Assembly (NCBI GenBank): GCA_030429685.1
Contig: JAUIEY010000001.1
Location: 1-42,094, forward strand
From: Gammaproteobacteria bacterium
GTDB taxonomy: Bacteria > Pseudomonadota > Gammaproteobacteria > Steroidobacterales > GCA-2729495
Length of the DNA: 42,094 nt
Direction of reading: 5' to 3'
In this document: positions 15,769-24,830 of the stretch, in pieces
Position numbering within the stretch: the stretch's first letter is position 1
Layout of the letters: every line of letters begins with the position of its first letter
Made by a program: the position numbers and the translations under genes
The notes under the pieces: model-generated
The model's database searches: none
Told to the model about the DNA's origin: nothing
The model's input: the letters and a program-made list of their open reading frames with translations, nothing else

Positions 15769-16218
15769 ATGACCGACACCAATGTACGTTTTCAGCGCGC
15801 CAACTTTGTGGTCAGCGATCTGCAGAAATCCCTGCACCTGTATCGCGATATTCTAGGCATGCACGTCGAGTTCACCAAGGATTCGCCGGACGACTCCTAC
15901 AGTTATGAAGTGTTCGGCATTGATCCGGACCTGCCGCTGGGCTTTGCCGTGCTGGGCACTGCAACCCAGCAGCGAGTCATGGCCCTGACCGAAGTCCGCG
16001 GCGGCGACCTGCCCGACCAGCCGCTGCCACGGCGCGCGGCAATTGTCCTGCATGTCGACAATATTGATGCGGTGGTGCAGGCCTGCACCAATGCCGGGCT
16101 GCAGGTCTATCGCGAAGACAAACTCGAAACCAATGACGGCCGGATCGGACGGGAATTCGGCATCCTCGATTACGACGGCAACCTGGTCGTCATTTATCAC
16201 ATCGTGAGCAACGCCTGA
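15769..16218 (+). CDS. VOC family protein
   Basis: An ATG at 15769 gives MTDTNVRFQRANFVVSDLQKSLHLYRDILGMHVEF. The C-terminus has DYDGNLVVIY. The longer track ORF overlaps the reductase gene. Confidence 0.8.
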   Translation: MTDTNVRFQRANFVVSDLQKSLHLYRDILGMHVEFTKDSPDDSYSYEVFGIDPDLPLGFAVLGTATQQRVMALTEVRGGDLPDQPLPRRAAIVLHVDNIDAVVQACTNAGLQVYREDKLETNDGRIGREFGILDYDGNLVVIYHIVSNA

Positions 16219-16226
16219 GTAAACGC

Positions 16227-17534
16227 ATGAGCAATCCCCTGCCAAAGCCCGGCTACGCCTGGTACACCACCATTTTGCTTACCGTGGTGTACATATTTTC
16301 GTACGTTGACAGAACCATTCTTTACCTGCTGGTCGAACCCATCAAGAACGACCTGCAGCTCAGTGATACCGAAATCAGCATTTTGCTGGGGCCGGCATTC
16401 GCGGTGTTTTACACTACGCTGACCATTCCGCTGGGCTGGGTGGCGGACCGCTGGAAGCGCAACTGGATCGTGGCCATCGGCGTAACGCTCTGGTCTGCTG
16501 CAACCGTGGCTTGCGGCATGGCTCGCAACTTTGTGCAGCTGATCACGGCGCGCATCATGGTAGGCGTAGGTGAAGCGTCACTGAGCCCGTGTGCGCTACC
16601 CATGATCGCCGACAGCTTCCCGCCGGAGAAACGTGGCAAACCCGTCGCCGTCTATTCGGCTGCTTTGTCGCTGGGCGCCGGTATTGCTTCACTGATCGGC
16701 GCAGTTGTTATCGGCTGGACCAACAACGGCGAAACTATCTCGGTGCCTGTGCTGGGCGCCCTGAGCGGCTGGCAGTTTGCTTTCGTTATCGTCGGTGCGC
16801 CCGGGCTGATACTTGGCGTGCTGATGTTTCTGCTGCGCGAACCCGCGCGTCAGGAACAGTCTTCCACGCCGGCAGATGGCAAGGCGCTGTTTAAAACCGC
16901 CGTGCGCTTTATTGTGTCGGACTGGCGCATGTTTGGCGGTTTTCTGGCCATCGTCTGCGTGATGACCACGGTCGCCTACAGCCAGAGTTTTTTCGCTGCC
17001 ATGTTTGAGCGCACCTGGGGCTGGCCGGCGGAGCAGTTTGCGCGCTACAACGGCATTATGAACCTTGCCATGGGGCCGGCCACAGTGCTGGTTACCGGCT
17101 GGTACATTGACCGGCTGTTTAATCAGGGTTTTAAGGATGCGCCAATGCGCATTCTGATCGGCGGTGTGATCCTGCTCACCACCACCCATGCCGCGGCGCC
17201 TATGATGCCGAACGGCACGCTGGCGTTTGTATTGCTGGGCATGAACCTGATCGGCATGGCCAGTGTGACCACGGCCGGCGCGGCCGGCCTGATGAATATC
17301 ACGCCGGGTGAAATCCGCAGCCAGGTTACCGCGCTGTACTTCGTGATTATCAGTGTAACCGGGCTCAATCTCGGCCCGACCACCGTCGGCCTGCTCAGCG
17401 ATAACGTATTCGGTGCAGAAAATATCCGTTATGCCGTGGCGCTGGTTCCGGTTATTTACGGTGTGCCCTTACTGTTCACATTGCGCGCAACCCTGCGCCG
17501 CTATCGCCGCCGGGTGGAACAGCAGGTCGGTTAA
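16227..17534 (+). CDS. MFS transporter
   Basis: 435 aa, about 12 helices. Loop 2-3 motif GWVADRWKRNWI and GVGEASLSP are typical of MFS_1/Spinster-like carriers. Confidence 0.9.
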   Translation: MSNPLPKPGYAWYTTILLTVVYIFSYVDRTILYLLVEPIKNDLQLSDTEISILLGPAFAVFYTTLTIPLGWVADRWKRNWIVAIGVTLWSAATVACGMARNFVQLITARIMVGVGEASLSPCALPMIADSFPPEKRGKPVAVYSAALSLGAGIASLIGAVVIGWTNNGETISVPVLGALSGWQFAFVIVGAPGLILGVLMFLLREPARQEQSSTPADGKALFKTAVRFIVSDWRMFGGFLAIVCVMTTVAYSQSFFAAMFERTWGWPAEQFARYNGIMNLAMGPATVLVTGWYIDRLFNQGFKDAPMRILIGGVILLTTTHAAAPMMPNGTLAFVLLGMNLIGMASVTTAGAAGLMNITPGEIRSQVTALYFVIISVTGLNLGPTTVGLLSDNVFGAENIRYAVALVPVIYGVPLLFTLRATLRRYRRRVEQQVG

Positions 17535-17536
17535 GC

Positions 17537-18232
17537 ATGCATGACCGCGGCAGCAGCGCCATGCCCGCTCCTGCACGCGTGCTGCAATCGCCCTATGGCG
17601 GGTTAACGGTACATGAGCTGGCCGCCGGCCCCAGCGGGAGACTGCCGCTGGTGTGCCTGCACCCCGCGCCGTTCGACGGCACCTACTTTGCCGGGTTTGC
17701 GGCACATTTTCCCGGCGAGCGCGAGATCTGGGCACCCGACTACCCCGGTTATGGCGGCTCGGCACCGCCGCCTCACCAGCCCGGCATTGATAACTATGCT
17801 GCTGCATTGCTGGCCGCCCTGTCGGGATTGCTCACCGGGCGTATACACCTGCTCGGGTTTCACACCGGCTGCCTGGTGGCCTGCGAAATGGCGTTGCAGG
17901 CACCGGACAAGATCGCCGACCTGGTGCTGATAGATGTGCCGTACTACGACGCGGCTACTCAGCGCGAAAAATATGCCGCAGACGTTAACGACGACCCCGC
18001 CACCTGGGCTTTCGGCGCTGCCTTCAGTTATCCCTGCGCGGAAAAACTGGCTGCCGTCAGCAACCGGGCATTACTGATTGGTACCGGCTCGAAGCTGGGC
18101 GCACCGACAGCAGCGGCCGCCGCCATAATGCCTGATGCCCGACTGGAAAACTGTCCCGACATTACCCGGCCGGTATTCAGCAATGGCGGCGCGCTATTCG
18201 CGCAGTTAGTCGGCGCGTTTTTGCACGGTTGA
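17537..18232 (+). CDS. alpha/beta-fold protein with a non-canonical nucleophile elbow
   Basis: 231 aa. LVCLHPAPFDGTYF and IHLLGFHTGCLVACEMA align with the HG and GxSxG regions of alpha/beta hydrolases, but His sits at the Ser position. Confidence 0.65.
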   Translation: MHDRGSSAMPAPARVLQSPYGGLTVHELAAGPSGRLPLVCLHPAPFDGTYFAGFAAHFPGEREIWAPDYPGYGGSAPPPHQPGIDNYAAALLAALSGLLTGRIHLLGFHTGCLVACEMALQAPDKIADLVLIDVPYYDAATQREKYAADVNDDPATWAFGAAFSYPCAEKLAAVSNRALLIGTGSKLGAPTAAAAAIMPDARLENCPDITRPVFSNGGALFAQLVGAFLHG

Positions 18233-21200
18233 TGCGCCGCTGAGGCCGCCGGCGGTTTTATCACTGCCCTGCAAGGCTTCGACCGCGCGCGTTACCGCAT
18301 CGGGTGACTTCGTGCCACGCGCAATCAGCGCGTAAACAGCCGGAATCAAAAACAGTGTCAGAAACACCGAAATCGTGACGCCGAAAAACACCATTGCGCC
18401 GATGGTACGGCGGGATTCGGCACCGGCGCCGAAGGCCAGTATCAGTGGAATAGCACCGCCCGCGGTGCACAAACTGGTCATGACGACCGGGCGCAGACGC
18501 ACCGCGGCTGCCTCCACAATGGCCTCGAAAAATTCGACACCCTGATCGCGCAGCTGATTGGCAAACTCAACAATGAGAATGCCGTTCTTGGCCGCCAGCC
18601 CGATCAGCATGATGGCGCCAATCTGGCTGTAAACGTTGATGGATGAGTCCATTATATGCAGGCCGATCAGACCGCCGAACAGCGCCATGGGCACCGTCAT
18701 CATAATGATCAACGGATGCCGGAAACTTTCGAATTGCGCCGCCAGCACCAGGTAGCTGAGCAACAGTGCCAGCGCAAAGGTGAAATAGATTGACGAACCG
18801 GACTGCCTGAACTCACGTGATTCGCCGTCATAGTTAATGCGCACGCCTTCCGGCACTTCTTCGGCAATGATCTGCTCCATGTAGTCCAGCGCTTCACCCA
18901 GCGAATAACCGGACGCCAGGGCCGAAGTAAGGCTGATGGAACGCAGCCGGTCGAAGCGTTTCAGTTCAACCGGCCCGGACGTTTCGGTCAGCTGCACCAC
19001 GCTGGCCAGCGGTATCAGTTCGCCGGTGCGCTCAGCCCGCACGTAGATGTTGGACAGGTCGTTGGGCGTAGCCCGGTCATCCGGCTGCGCCTGCAGCAGT
19101 ACGTTGTATTCCTCACCGCGATCCTCAAACGTCGTGACCACGCGCGAACCCATCATGGTTTCCAGAGTACGGCCCACTGCTGACAGCGACACGCCCAGGT
19201 CAGCGGCGCGGCTGCGGTCTACCTCGACATCAATCTTCGGCTTGCGCTCAAACCAGTCGGATCGCAGCCCGACAATGCCCGGGTTTTCCTGCGCACGGTC
19301 AATAACTTTTTGTGACCAGTCTGCCAGCTCGGCATAGTCAGTACCCCCCAGCACCACGATAAGCGGCTGGCCGGAACTGCGCACGTTCAGGCTGGGCGGC
19401 AGCATCACCATCGCCAGCATGCCGGGAATCTGGCCCACCTTGGGACGCAACTCGGCTGCCAGTTCCTGCGCGGTCATGTCCCGCTCGCTCCATGGCATCA
19501 GCGGCATGTAGGCAAAGGCCGTATTGACGTCGCCGGCGCCACTGCCCATGCCGCTGCGCACCAGCACGCGCTTGCCGTAGCCGGCCTCGACATAGGGTAT
19601 GGTGATGTCCTCCATAAGGCGCAGCTGCCGGTCCATATAGTCGAGACTGGCGCCTTCCGGCCCGCGCATCCACAGGAACATCATGGCGCGATCTTCCACC
19701 GGCGCGTATTCCTCAGGCAGGGTCTTAAACAAGCCGAAGCTGGCCGCGCCCAGCAGCGCGATCACGCCGAGGGCGGCAATAGGCCGGGCGACCATCGGCA
19801 CCAGCAGACGCCGGTAATGACTGGTCACCCACTTAAAGAAGCGGTCAATCTGCACCGCCAGCTTCTTGCGCTCTATGCCGGCGGCAAAAAATTTCGACGC
19901 CATCATCGGCACCAGCGTGAGCGCGACGAAACTGGAAAACGCCACCGCGGCGGCCAGGGAAATGCCGAATTCGGCAAACAGGCGGCCCACATTGCCGGGC
20001 ATGAAGGAAATCGGAATAAACACTGCAACCAGCACCACCGTGGTGGCCACCACCGCGAAACCGATTTCGCGGCTGCCTTCTATGGCTGCCAGCAATGGCG
20101 GCTGGCCCAGCTCCATGCGGCGGACAATGTTTTCCAGCACCACAATAGCATCATCGACCACCAGGCCAATGGCCAGCACCAGCCCCAGCAGGGTCAGCGT
20201 ATTGATGGAAAAGCCCATCGCCGCCATCACGATAAACGTACTGATGATAGCCACCGGAATGGTGATGGCGGGAATCAGCGTGGCCCGCACCGAGCCGAGA
20301 AAGGCGAAAATGACCACCAGCACCATGGTCAGGGCGAATACCAGTGCCTTGATGACTTCCTGCATGGATTCGCGAATGAACACCGAGAAATCCACGTTGA
20401 CGTCAATCTTTATGTCAGACGGCACGCTGTCGCGCATGCGGTCTATCTCGGCAAGCACTGACTGGTTGACCGCCAGAATATTGGCCTGGGACTGCGGTAC
20501 CACGCCCAGACTCAGGCCCGGCTTGCCGTCCGAGCGGGCAATGCGCCGGGTGCTCTCGGGCTCCAGCCGCACTTCGGCGACATCGCCAAGCCGGGTGATG
20601 TAATTGTCATCGCGTCGCACCACCAGTTGCGCAAAGTCTTCCGGCGTGCGCAGCCCGGCATCGGTGCGCAGGGTGAACTCCCGCTCCACAGACTCGATGC
20701 GACCGGCGGGCAGCTCCACGTTTTCCCGGCGCACCAGATCTTCGATGTCCTGCACCGTCAGCCCGCGCGCCGCCAGTGCCTGACGATCCAGCCAGATGCG
20801 CACTGACAGCACACGCGAACCACTCACCCGAATGGCCGATACGCCGTCCAGCACCGACAGGCGATCCACCATGTTGCGTTCAACGTAATCGGTGATCTCC
20901 ATCAGTGACCGTTTGTCGCTGGACAGGTCAACGTACATGGTTGCGTCCATGCCCGAGTCCTGTTTCATGATCAACGGCGGATCAGCCTCTTCCGGCATGC
21001 GCTTGGAAACCATGGATACCCGTTCCCGCACGTCGTTGACGGCATCCTCCAGGTCGCGATCGAGACTGAACTCCACGGTTATCTGCGAACGCTCGTCCAT
21101 GCTGGTGGAGGTGAGCTTTTCAACGCCGGAGATACCGGCCAGTTCGTTCTCAATGATCTGGGTAATACGCCGCTCGACGACTTCCGCCGAGGCTCCGCGG

Positions 21201-21352
21201 TAGTCGGTCTGCACCGATACCACCGGCGCGCTGACGGCAGGGAATTCGCGCACCGCAAGACGCTCGCGGGCCAGCAAGCCGAGGATGACCAGCGCCATGC
21301 TCATCACCGCGGCAAACACCGGACGTTTGACAGACAGCTCAGAGATAATCAT
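18206..21352 (-). CDS. RND efflux transporter permease (AcrB/HAE1-like)
   Basis: 1048 aa, 12-TM/2-loop architecture. N-terminal MIISELSVKRPVFAAVMS; GLVVDDAIVVLENI and GLAAKNGILIVEFANQ motifs. Confidence 0.95.
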   Translation of the reverse strand: MIISELSVKRPVFAAVMSMALVILGLLARERLAVREFPAVSAPVVSVQTDYRGASAEVVERRITQIIENELAGISGVEKLTSTSMDERSQITVEFSLDRDLEDAVNDVRERVSMVSKRMPEEADPPLIMKQDSGMDATMYVDLSSDKRSLMEITDYVERNMVDRLSVLDGVSAIRVSGSRVLSVRIWLDRQALAARGLTVQDIEDLVRRENVELPAGRIESVEREFTLRTDAGLRTPEDFAQLVVRRDDNYITRLGDVAEVRLEPESTRRIARSDGKPGLSLGVVPQSQANILAVNQSVLAEIDRMRDSVPSDIKIDVNVDFSVFIRESMQEVIKALVFALTMVLVVIFAFLGSVRATLIPAITIPVAIISTFIVMAAMGFSINTLTLLGLVLAIGLVVDDAIVVLENIVRRMELGQPPLLAAIEGSREIGFAVVATTVVLVAVFIPISFMPGNVGRLFAEFGISLAAAVAFSSFVALTLVPMMASKFFAAGIERKKLAVQIDRFFKWVTSHYRRLLVPMVARPIAALGVIALLGAASFGLFKTLPEEYAPVEDRAMMFLWMRGPEGASLDYMDRQLRLMEDITIPYVEAGYGKRVLVRSGMGSGAGDVNTAFAYMPLMPWSERDMTAQELAAELRPKVGQIPGMLAMVMLPPSLNVRSSGQPLIVVLGGTDYAELADWSQKVIDRAQENPGIVGLRSDWFERKPKIDVEVDRSRAADLGVSLSAVGRTLETMMGSRVVTTFEDRGEEYNVLLQAQPDDRATPNDLSNIYVRAERTGELIPLASVVQLTETSGPVELKRFDRLRSISLTSALASGYSLGEALDYMEQIIAEEVPEGVRINYDGESREFRQSGSSIYFTFALALLLSYLVLAAQFESFRHPLIIMMTVPMALFGGLIGLHIMDSSINVYSQIGAIMLIGLAAKNGILIVEFANQLRDQGVEFFEAIVEAAAVRLRPVVMTSLCTAGGAIPLILAFGAGAESRRTIGAMVFFGVTISVFLTLFLIPAVYALIARGTKSPDAVTRAVEALQGSDKTAGGLSGASTVQKRAD

Positions 21353-21372
21353 GCCATTGCTCCGCTATGCGC

Positions 21373-22431
21373 TCAGCCCGGCTGCGCAAATTCGACAACC
21401 TGGGCACCGTCACGCAGTTTCTGCACACCTTCCGCGACAACTGTTTCGCCAGCGGACAGGCCGTCGGTGATTTCCACCCGGCCCGGTGCCCGGATGCCCA
21501 GCCGGACCTCACGCTCGGTGGCAACGCCGTCCTTGACCACAAAGACAAACTGCCGGCCGGATCTGGGCGCCAGCGCTTCCTCGGGTATCAGCAATACATT
21601 GTCACGCGAGCGCTGCAGGGCCACGTTCATGAACATACCGGGTTTGAGCAGGCGGTTTTCATTGGCCAGCTTTGCCACTACTGTCACCGAACGGGTTACA
21701 GCATCCACGCGCGGGTCAATACTAACGACCGTGCCGGTGAACTCCTGATCAGGGTACACGCTGGTCGTCGCAGCTACCTGCATACCGTTCTGCACGGTTG
21801 CAAGATAGGTCTCCGGGACAGAAAAACTCAGCCGGACTACCTGCAAATCGTCGAGCGTGGTAATCATGGTATCGGGACCGACCAGCCCGCCGGGGCTGAT
21901 ATGCCGCAGGCCCACCACGCCGGAAATAGGCGCGCGGATCGAGCAGTGATCCAGCCGCGTACGGGCCGCCGTGACGTCGGCCTCGGCACGGCGCAGGTCC
22001 GCTGCCAGTTCATCCAGTTGCGCCTGTGACACAGCCTGAGTCGCGCGCAATGAGCGGCTGCGATCAAACTGACTCTTGACTTTCTCGTAGGCCGCCTGTG
22101 CCACCGCCAGCTCAGCGGCGATCTCGCGGCTATCAAGTTCGACCAGCAGATCGCCCCGCTGCACCGCCTGACCTTCCGCAAAATGAATCTCGGTAACCAC
22201 GCTGGAGATACGCGCGCGGATATCCACTGCTTCATTGGCGCGAATGCTGCCCAGCGCGGAGAAATTGTCGGTGAAAGATTCTGCCGTTACCGGCGCCAGC
22301 AGCACCGGCACCGGACCGCGGCTGCCCATCATGCCCGCGCCGGACTGCTCCGGGGCACTGTCACAGGCAGCCAATAGAACAGCAGCCGCTATTGCGGCTG
22401 CCGGCAGAAAGTATTGTGTTCCAGACAGCAA
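21373..22431 (-). CDS. RND efflux periplasmic adaptor (membrane fusion) lipoprotein
   Basis: 352 aa, TTG start, lipobox LLAAC, coiled-coil hairpin region, beta-barrel C-terminus. It ends 20 nt upstream of the RND permease. Confidence 0.9.
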   Translation of the reverse strand: MLSGTQYFLPAAAIAAAVLLAACDSAPEQSGAGMMGSRGPVPVLLAPVTAESFTDNFSALGSIRANEAVDIRARISSVVTEIHFAEGQAVQRGDLLVELDSREIAAELAVAQAAYEKVKSQFDRSRSLRATQAVSQAQLDELAADLRRAEADVTAARTRLDHCSIRAPISGVVGLRHISPGGLVGPDTMITTLDDLQVVRLSFSVPETYLATVQNGMQVAATTSVYPDQEFTGTVVSIDPRVDAVTRSVTVVAKLANENRLLKPGMFMNVALQRSRDNVLLIPEEALAPRSGRQFVFVVKDGVATEREVRLGIRAPGRVEITDGLSAGETVVAEGVQKLRDGAQVVEFAQPG

Positions 22432-22539
22432 ATCCGTTTCTCCGTTCCGGCGACCGGGGTTCGGTCAACAGCCTCCCATAAACGAACCGCGGATTATACA
22501 ATGTCCAGACTGTCAGCGAATCACCAAAAGGCTTTGAAA

Positions 22540-22845
22540 ATGGCTGCTTACATGATTATTTACGCCCGTATCCACGACCGCGACAAGTTCATCAGCGGCT
22601 ATGCACCCGCGGCCAGCAAACTGGTGGCAGAACATGGCGGCAAATACGTGCTGCGGGCGCCGGGCGCTGAACTGCTGGAAGGCAGTCTCGACGGCGGCGG
22701 CTCCGTGGTGATCTCGGAATGGCCGGACAAGCAGGCCGCACTGGGCTTCTGGAATTCCGCCGAATATCAGGAAGCCAAACAGCTGCGCAACGGCGTTGCC
22801 GATGTGGAAGTGCTGCTGGTGGATGCGCCGGTCATCAATGGCTGA
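22540..22845 (+). CDS. DUF1330 domain protein
   Basis: An ATG at 22540 gives MAAYMIIYARIHDRDKFISGYAPAASKLVAEHGGKYVLRA...WPDKQAALGFWNSAEYQEAKQLR, the typical DUF1330 layout. The in-frame ATG at 22501 is the alternative start. Confidence 0.75.
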   Translation: MAAYMIIYARIHDRDKFISGYAPAASKLVAEHGGKYVLRAPGAELLEGSLDGGGSVVISEWPDKQAALGFWNSAEYQEAKQLRNGVADVEVLLVDAPVING

Positions 22846-22854
22846 CTACCCGTT

Positions 22855-23430
22855 CTAGTTGTCGAGCTCACTCAGCAACTGATTCAGTTCCACCAGAAAG
22901 CCGTCCGGATCGCGCAGCACACTGACCCGCACCCTGATGACATCACCGCCACCGTAAGATGGATAGGTGACGTCAGTGGGTTCGTTCAACACCTCCACTC
23001 CCGGCACCTGGCTGGCGGCCGCAAATCTCGCTGCAACGTCGGAGGTGTTAAACAGCAACACGGCACTGCCGATGGAAAAGTCTTCCGGTTCCGCTTGCCG
23101 GACCGGGGCAAGCGGCTTGGTGTACTGCAACAGGCCGACGATACCGATGCGGTCGTCATTGGCGCGCACAAAAACCAGTCGCCGTGAGATTTCCGCCTCC
23201 TCGTCGGTTTTGGCTGAACGCGGGGTGCGAATCCAGTTGTCGTATATAACCTTCATGCCCAGCGCGTCCCGGTAAAAACGCAGTGAATTCTCGATATCGC
23301 TGACAATCAGTGTGGTGCGGCGCAAATCAATATCCACGCGCTCCGCATCGGCGACCGGAGCGGCGGCGACATGGGTCGCAAAGCATGCCAGACAGGTTGC
23401 GAACCACAGATTGGTTATACTGGCTTTCAT
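22855..23430 (-). CDS. secreted VOC-family protein (paralog of 14224..14700)
   Basis: The internal ATG at 23430 gives a signal peptide MKASITNLWFATCLACFATHVAAAP. The mature part shares RTTLIVSDIE, IGIVGLLQY and DPDGFLVELNQL with the cytoplasmic VOC at 14224. Confidence 0.75.
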   Translation of the reverse strand: MKASITNLWFATCLACFATHVAAAPVADAERVDIDLRRTTLIVSDIENSLRFYRDALGMKVIYDNWIRTPRSAKTDEEAEISRRLVFVRANDDRIGIVGLLQYTKPLAPVRQAEPEDFSIGSAVLLFNTSDVAARFAAASQVPGVEVLNEPTDVTYPSYGGGDVIRVRVSVLRDPDGFLVELNQLLSELDN

Positions 23431-23446
23431 GACGGGGAACTCAACA

Positions 23447-24754
23447 ATGACAAAGAAATCACTGCTTAGCATAGCGTTATTTGCGCTGTGCTTCTCGGCT
23501 ACGGCTAAGGCAGCCGACGGCCTGTCGGCGCGCGACATCATGGCAAAAGCCACCGCAGCAGCCGGCGGCGATGCATGGCGCTATGCCAGGACCAACCTGA
23601 TGACCGGCGATGCGATGCTCTATCGCGACGGCAACGGTGTGCAGGCGGACCGCTACGAAATGCGCCGGGTGTATCCGCGCGAGCTGCCCGAGGTGCACAC
23701 TAATACCGGGCTGTTCCGGCTCGATGCCTATCGGCAGGATCGCTTGCTGTTCACTATCAGCTACGATGGTCAGCGCATGTACGACCAGAACGGACCGATG
23801 CCGGCGGAACAGGCACAGCAACTGGCAGCCTCAAGCTTCGGCTTCAGCGCGGTCCGGTTTGCACTGGACGACAGCTTCACGCTGACCCGCCTGCCGGATG
23901 ACCAGGTAGAGGGCCATGCCAGCTACTTTGTGCGCATCAACGATCCGTCGGGCGGACATACGCTGGTCGGGGTCGACCAGACCGACCACATGCTGCGCTA
24001 CGTAGGCTGGCAGACGCCGCGTGGCTGGCACCATCGGCTGTATTCCGATCATTACACGCTGGAATCGGGTTTCGTACAGCCCGGCCGTGTGCGACTTTAC
24101 TACGACGGCGTCAAAACCACCGACATCAACTGGACCAGTGCCACCCTTGATGTGGATTTCGCGGCGGGGCTGTTCACCGTGGCGAGTGCCGACAGCAGGG
24201 ATCTGACCGCTTTAACCCGCGCGCTGCAGGGTAGTTACCTGATGGACCCGCAGATTGCTGCGGCAGATAACGGTGTACCTTCGGCCACGAATCACTTTGC
24301 CACCCTAAATGCGCCCGCTGTTGGTGAACATGTAGTCTACTGGCAAATCGACATAGATAAGAAAGCACCGCCGTACCGACAGGTCATCATGGTATTCCGC
24401 GAGGAAAATGGCACGATCAGGCAGAAAAATTATTCGCTCATTGATGCCGCAAAATATGTTGACGGCCACCGGCAGCCGGAAATTTTTCGGCACATCACCA
24501 TGGCTGATCTGCGGGAAACCCTGCCTGCGGGTTGTGATTTTTACTGGCGCAATGAAACAGCCTGGCACGGCGCAGTTAATACCGAAACCTGCAAGATCTG
24601 GTCAGAGAGCCGGCAGACCTGGCGTTTTGTGGGCACCGAAATTGTCACCGGCAAAGATGCGATGCTCTACGTGGAACGCGGCTTCGACGAGAACAACCAG
24701 CCTTTGTTCGGCCCGCCCGCAGGCGAGTACTACCGCCTGAACCGGATAAAATAA
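23447..24754 (+). CDS. secreted two-domain protein (LolA-like N-terminal half, CpcT/CpeT-like C-terminal half)
   Basis: An ATG at 23447 gives the signal peptide MTKKSLLSIALFALCFSATAKA. The C-terminal PPYRQVIMVFREENGTIRQKNYSL ... GCDFYW ... ERGFDENNQPLFG ... YYRLNR resembles the CpcT/CpeT (DUF1001) beta-barrel. The N-terminal assignment is weak. Confidence 0.6.
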   Translation: MTKKSLLSIALFALCFSATAKAADGLSARDIMAKATAAAGGDAWRYARTNLMTGDAMLYRDGNGVQADRYEMRRVYPRELPEVHTNTGLFRLDAYRQDRLLFTISYDGQRMYDQNGPMPAEQAQQLAASSFGFSAVRFALDDSFTLTRLPDDQVEGHASYFVRINDPSGGHTLVGVDQTDHMLRYVGWQTPRGWHHRLYSDHYTLESGFVQPGRVRLYYDGVKTTDINWTSATLDVDFAAGLFTVASADSRDLTALTRALQGSYLMDPQIAAADNGVPSATNHFATLNAPAVGEHVVYWQIDIDKKAPPYRQVIMVFREENGTIRQKNYSLIDAAKYVDGHRQPEIFRHITMADLRETLPAGCDFYWRNETAWHGAVNTETCKIWSESRQTWRFVGTEIVTGKDAMLYVERGFDENNQPLFGPPAGEYYRLNRIK

Positions 24755-24783
24755 ATTAAGGGCAGCAATACAGAACAGCACGC

Positions 24784-24815
24784 AAAAAAAAGCGGCCCGC
24801 GGGCCGCTTTTTTTA
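24784..24815. terminator. bidirectional rho-independent terminator
   Basis: AAAAAAAA-GCGGCC-cgcg-GGCCGC-TTTTTTT between convergent genes. The A-run and T-run allow function on both strands. Confidence 0.85.
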
Positions 24816-24830
24816 TATCGTGCCGGTGGC

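Noticed and set aside
22484-22493. A 10-nt match (GAACCGCGGA) to the T-arm of tRNA-Thr (27581-27590). I considered it as a possible att direct repeat bounding a tRNA-linked island spanning 22.5-27.6 kb.
   Set aside because: With about 67 possible 10-mers from the tRNA and 84 kb of two-strand sequence, several chance 10-nt matches are expected. No integrase, excisionase or longer repeat is present.
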